In this document: positions 60,437 to 64,000 of the stretch, piece by piece
Layout: the number at the start of each line of letters is the position of its first letter
How positions within the stretch are numbered: position 1 is the first letter of the stretch
Assembly: GCA_964016885.1 (NCBI GenBank)
Contig: OZ024742.1
Span: 204,352,001 to 204,416,000 of the forward strand
Direction: 5' to 3'
Origin: Eledone cirrhosa
Lineage: Eukaryota
Length of the DNA stretch: 64,000 bases
Program-made: the position numbers and the translations under genes
Notes under the pieces: model-generated
Database searches by the model: none
Told to the model about the DNA's origin: nothing
The model's input: the letters and a program-made list of their open reading frames with translations, nothing else

Positions 60437-63400
60437 CACTGTTATGTATTGGTGTACTGTCACTGACTGGTGTAATGACTGTTATGTATTGGTGTACTGT
60501 CACTGACTGGTGTAATGACTGTTATGTATTGGTGTACTGTCTCTAACTGGTGTAATGACTGTTATGTATAGGTGTACTGTCACTGACTGGTGTAATGACT
60601 GTTATGTATTGGTGTACTGACACTGACTGGTGTAATGACTGTTATGTATTGGTGTACTGTCACTGGTGTAATGACTGTTATGTATTGGTGTACTGTCACT
60701 GGTGTAATGACTGTTATGTATTGGTACTGTCACTGGTGTAATGACTGTTATGTATTGGTGTACTGTCGCGGGTGTAATGACTGTTATGTATTGGTGTACT
60801 GTCACTGACTGGTGTAATGACTGTTATGTATTGGTGTACTGTCACTGGTGTAATGACTGTTATGTATTGGTGTACTGTCAATGACTGGTGTAATGACTGT
60901 TATGTATAGGTGTATTGTCACTGACTGGTGTAATGACTGTTATGTATTGGTGTACTGTCACTGACTGGTGTAATGACTGTTATGTATAGGTGTACTGTCA
61001 CTGACTGGTGTAATGACTGTTATGTATAGGTGTACTGTCACTGGTGTAATGACTGTTAGGTATTGGTGTACTGTCACTGGTGTAATGACTGTTATGTATA
61101 GGTGTACTGTCACTGACTGGTGTAATGACTGTTATGGATTGGTGTACTGTCACTGGTGTAATGACTGTTATGTATTGGTGTACTGTCTCTGACTGGTGTA
61201 ATGACTGTTATGTATAGGTGTACTGTCACTGACTGGTGTAATGACTGTTATGGATTGGTGTACTGTCACTGGTGTAATGACTGTTATGTATTGGTGTACT
61301 TTCACTGGTGTAATGACTGTTATGTATTGGTGTACTGTCACTGGTGTAATGACTGTTATGTATTGGTGTACTGTCACTGACTGGTGTAATGACTGTTATG
61401 TATAGGTGTACGGTCACTGACTAGTGTAATGACTGTTATGTATTGGTGTACTGTCACTGACTGGTGTAATGACTGTTATGTATTGGTGTACTGTCACTGG
61501 TGTAATGACTGTTATGTATTGGTGTACTGTCACTGACTGGTGTAATGACTGTTATGTATTGGTGTACTGTCACTGACTGGTGTAATGACTGTTATGTATT
61601 GGTGTACTGTCACTGACTGGTGTAATGACTGTTATGTATTGGTGTACTGTCACTGACAGGTGTAATGACTGTTATGTATTGGTGTACTGTCACTGGTTTA
61701 ATGACTGTTATGTATTGGTGTACTGTCACTGACTGGTGTAATGACTGTTATGTATTGGTGTACTGTCACTGACTGGTGTAATGACTGTTATGTATTGGTG
61801 TACTGTCACTGACTGGTGTAATGACTGTTATGTATTGGTGTACTGTCACTGACAGGTGTAATGACTGTTATGTATTGGTGTACTGTCACTGACTGGTGTA
61901 ATGACTGTTATGTATTGGTGTACTGTCACAGACCAGTTTAATGACTGTTATGTATTAGTGTACTGTCACTGACTGGTGTAATGACTGTTATGTATTGGTG
62001 TACTGTCACTGACTGGTGTAATGACTGTTATGTATTGGTGTATTGTCTCTGGTGTAATGACTTATGTATTGGTGTACTGTCTCTGCTGTAATGACTGTTA
62101 TGTATTTGTGTACTGTCACTGACTGGTGTAATGACTATTATGTATTGGTGTACTGTCTCTGGTGTAATGACTGTTATGTATTGATGTACTGTCACTGACT
62201 GGTGTAATGACTGTTATGTATTGGTGTACTGTCACTGGTGTAATGACTGTTATGTATTGGTGTACTGTCTCTGGTGTAATTATTGTTATGTATTGGTGTA
62301 CTGTCACTGACTGGTGTAATGACTGCTATGTATTGGTGTACTGTCACTGGTGTAATGACTGTTATGTATTGGTGTACTGTCACTGGTGTAATGACTGTTA
62401 TGTATTGGTGTACTGTCTCTGGTGTAATGACTGTTATGTATTGGTGTACTGTCACTGGTGTAATGACTGTAATGTATCGGTGTACTGTCACTGGTGTAAT
62501 GACTGTTATGTATTGGTGTACTGTCACTGGTGTAAATACTGTTATGTATTGGTGCACTGTCACTGGTGTAATGACTGTTATGTATTGGTGTACTGTCTCT
62601 GCTGTAATGACTGTTATGTATTGGTGTACTGTCACTGACTGCTGTAATGACTGTTATGTATTGGTGTACTGTCACTGACTGCTGTAATGACTATTATGTA
62701 TTGGTGTACTGTCACTAGTGTAATGACTGTTATATATTGGTGCACTGTCTCTGCCGTAATGACTGTTATGTATTGGTGTACTGTCACTGACTGATGTAAT
62801 GACTGTTGTATATTGGTGTACTGTCACTGGTGTAATGACTGTTATGTATTGGTGTACTGTCACTGACTGGTGTAATGACTGTTATGTATTGGTGTACTGT
62901 CACTGACTGGTGTAATTACTGTTATGTATTGGTGTACTGTCACTGGTGTAATGACTGTTATGTATTGGTGTACTGTCACTGACTGGTGTAATGACTTATG
63001 TATTGGTGTACTGTCACTGGTGTAATGACAGTTATGTATTGGTGTACTGTTACTGGTGTAATGACTGTTATGTATTGGTGTACTGTCACAGACCAGTTTA
63101 ATGACTGTTATGTATTGGTGTACTGTCACTGACTGGTGTAATGACTGTTATGTATTGGTGTACTGTCACTGACTACTTTAATGCCTGTTATGTATTGGTG
63201 TACTGTCACAGACTGGTGTAATGACTGTTATGTATTGGTGTACTGTCACTGAGTGGTGTAATGACTGTTATGTATTGGTGTACTGTCACTGGTGTAATGA
63301 CTGTTATGTATTGGTGTATTGTCTCTGGTGTAATGACTGTTATGTATTGGTGTACTGTCACTGACTGGTGTAATGACTGTTATGTATTGGTGTACTGTCT

Positions 63401-64000
63401 CTGACTGGTGTAATGACTGTTATGTATTGGTGTACTGTCACGGACTGGTGTAATGACTGTTATCAATTGGTGTACTGTCACTGGTGTAATGACTGTTATG
63501 TATTGGTGTACTGTCACTGACTGGTGTAATGACTGTTATGTATTGGTGTACTGTCACTGACTGGTGTAATGACTGTTATGTATTGGTGTACTGTCACTGA
63601 CTGGTGTAATGGCTGTTATGTATTGGTGTACTTTCACTGACTGGTGTAATGACTGTTATCTATTGGTGTACTGTCACTGACTGGTGTAATGACTGTTATG
63701 TATTGGTGTACTGTCAGTGACTGGTGTAATGACTGTTATGTATTGGTGTACTGTCACTGACTGGTGTAATGACTGTTATGTATTGGTGTATTGTCTCTGG
63801 TGTAATGACTGTTATGTATTGGTGTACTGTCTCTGCTGTAATGACTGTTATGTATTGGTGTACTGTCACTGGTGTACTGACTGGTGTAATGAATGTTATG
63901 TATTGGTTTACTGTCACTGGTGTAATGACTGTTATGTATTGGTGTACTGTCACTGGTGTAATGACTGTTATGTATTTGTGTACTGTCACTGGTGTAATGA
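60437..64000. repeat. Minisatellite with interspersed 36- and 40-bp units, running off the window
   Basis: Unit ctggtgtaatgactgttatgtattggtgtactgtca with or without ctga. Confidence 0.97.

Noticed and set aside
60437-64000. CRISPR-like or Cys-rich repeat protein
   Set aside because: No unique spacers, eukaryotic context, and 40-bp units break every reading frame

Overview
Gene-free, extremely repeat-dense animal genomic DNA, most likely from a coleoid cephalopod (inferred from octopus-type tRNA SINEs). Long (TA)n tracts are packed with 5'-truncated Penelope-like retroelements (PLEs; RT plus C-terminal GIY-YIG) of at least three families, plus non-autonomous Helitrons, SINEs, CR1- and RTE-type LINE remnants and a 36/40-bp minisatellite. 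Almost all (YI)n-type ORFs in the track are microsatellite artefacts. By eye I count about 30 hammerhead ribozyme (HHR) motifs, intact or degenerate, from more than a dozen sequence families. The most notable system is two related non-coding ~470-bp tandem-repeat families (retrozyme-like; 29944-32130 and 56990-57782). Each unit carries a type I HHR with a palindromic ACUAGU stem III and a conserved upstream ATGCAAAT octamer block, and they insert into (TA)n with PLE-like inverted 5' ends. Other highlights are HHRs with non-canonical cores or ~80-115-nt stem II domains, many fold-back insertions, and signs of insertions built from two different RNA templates. All structures were folded by eye; no searches were run.
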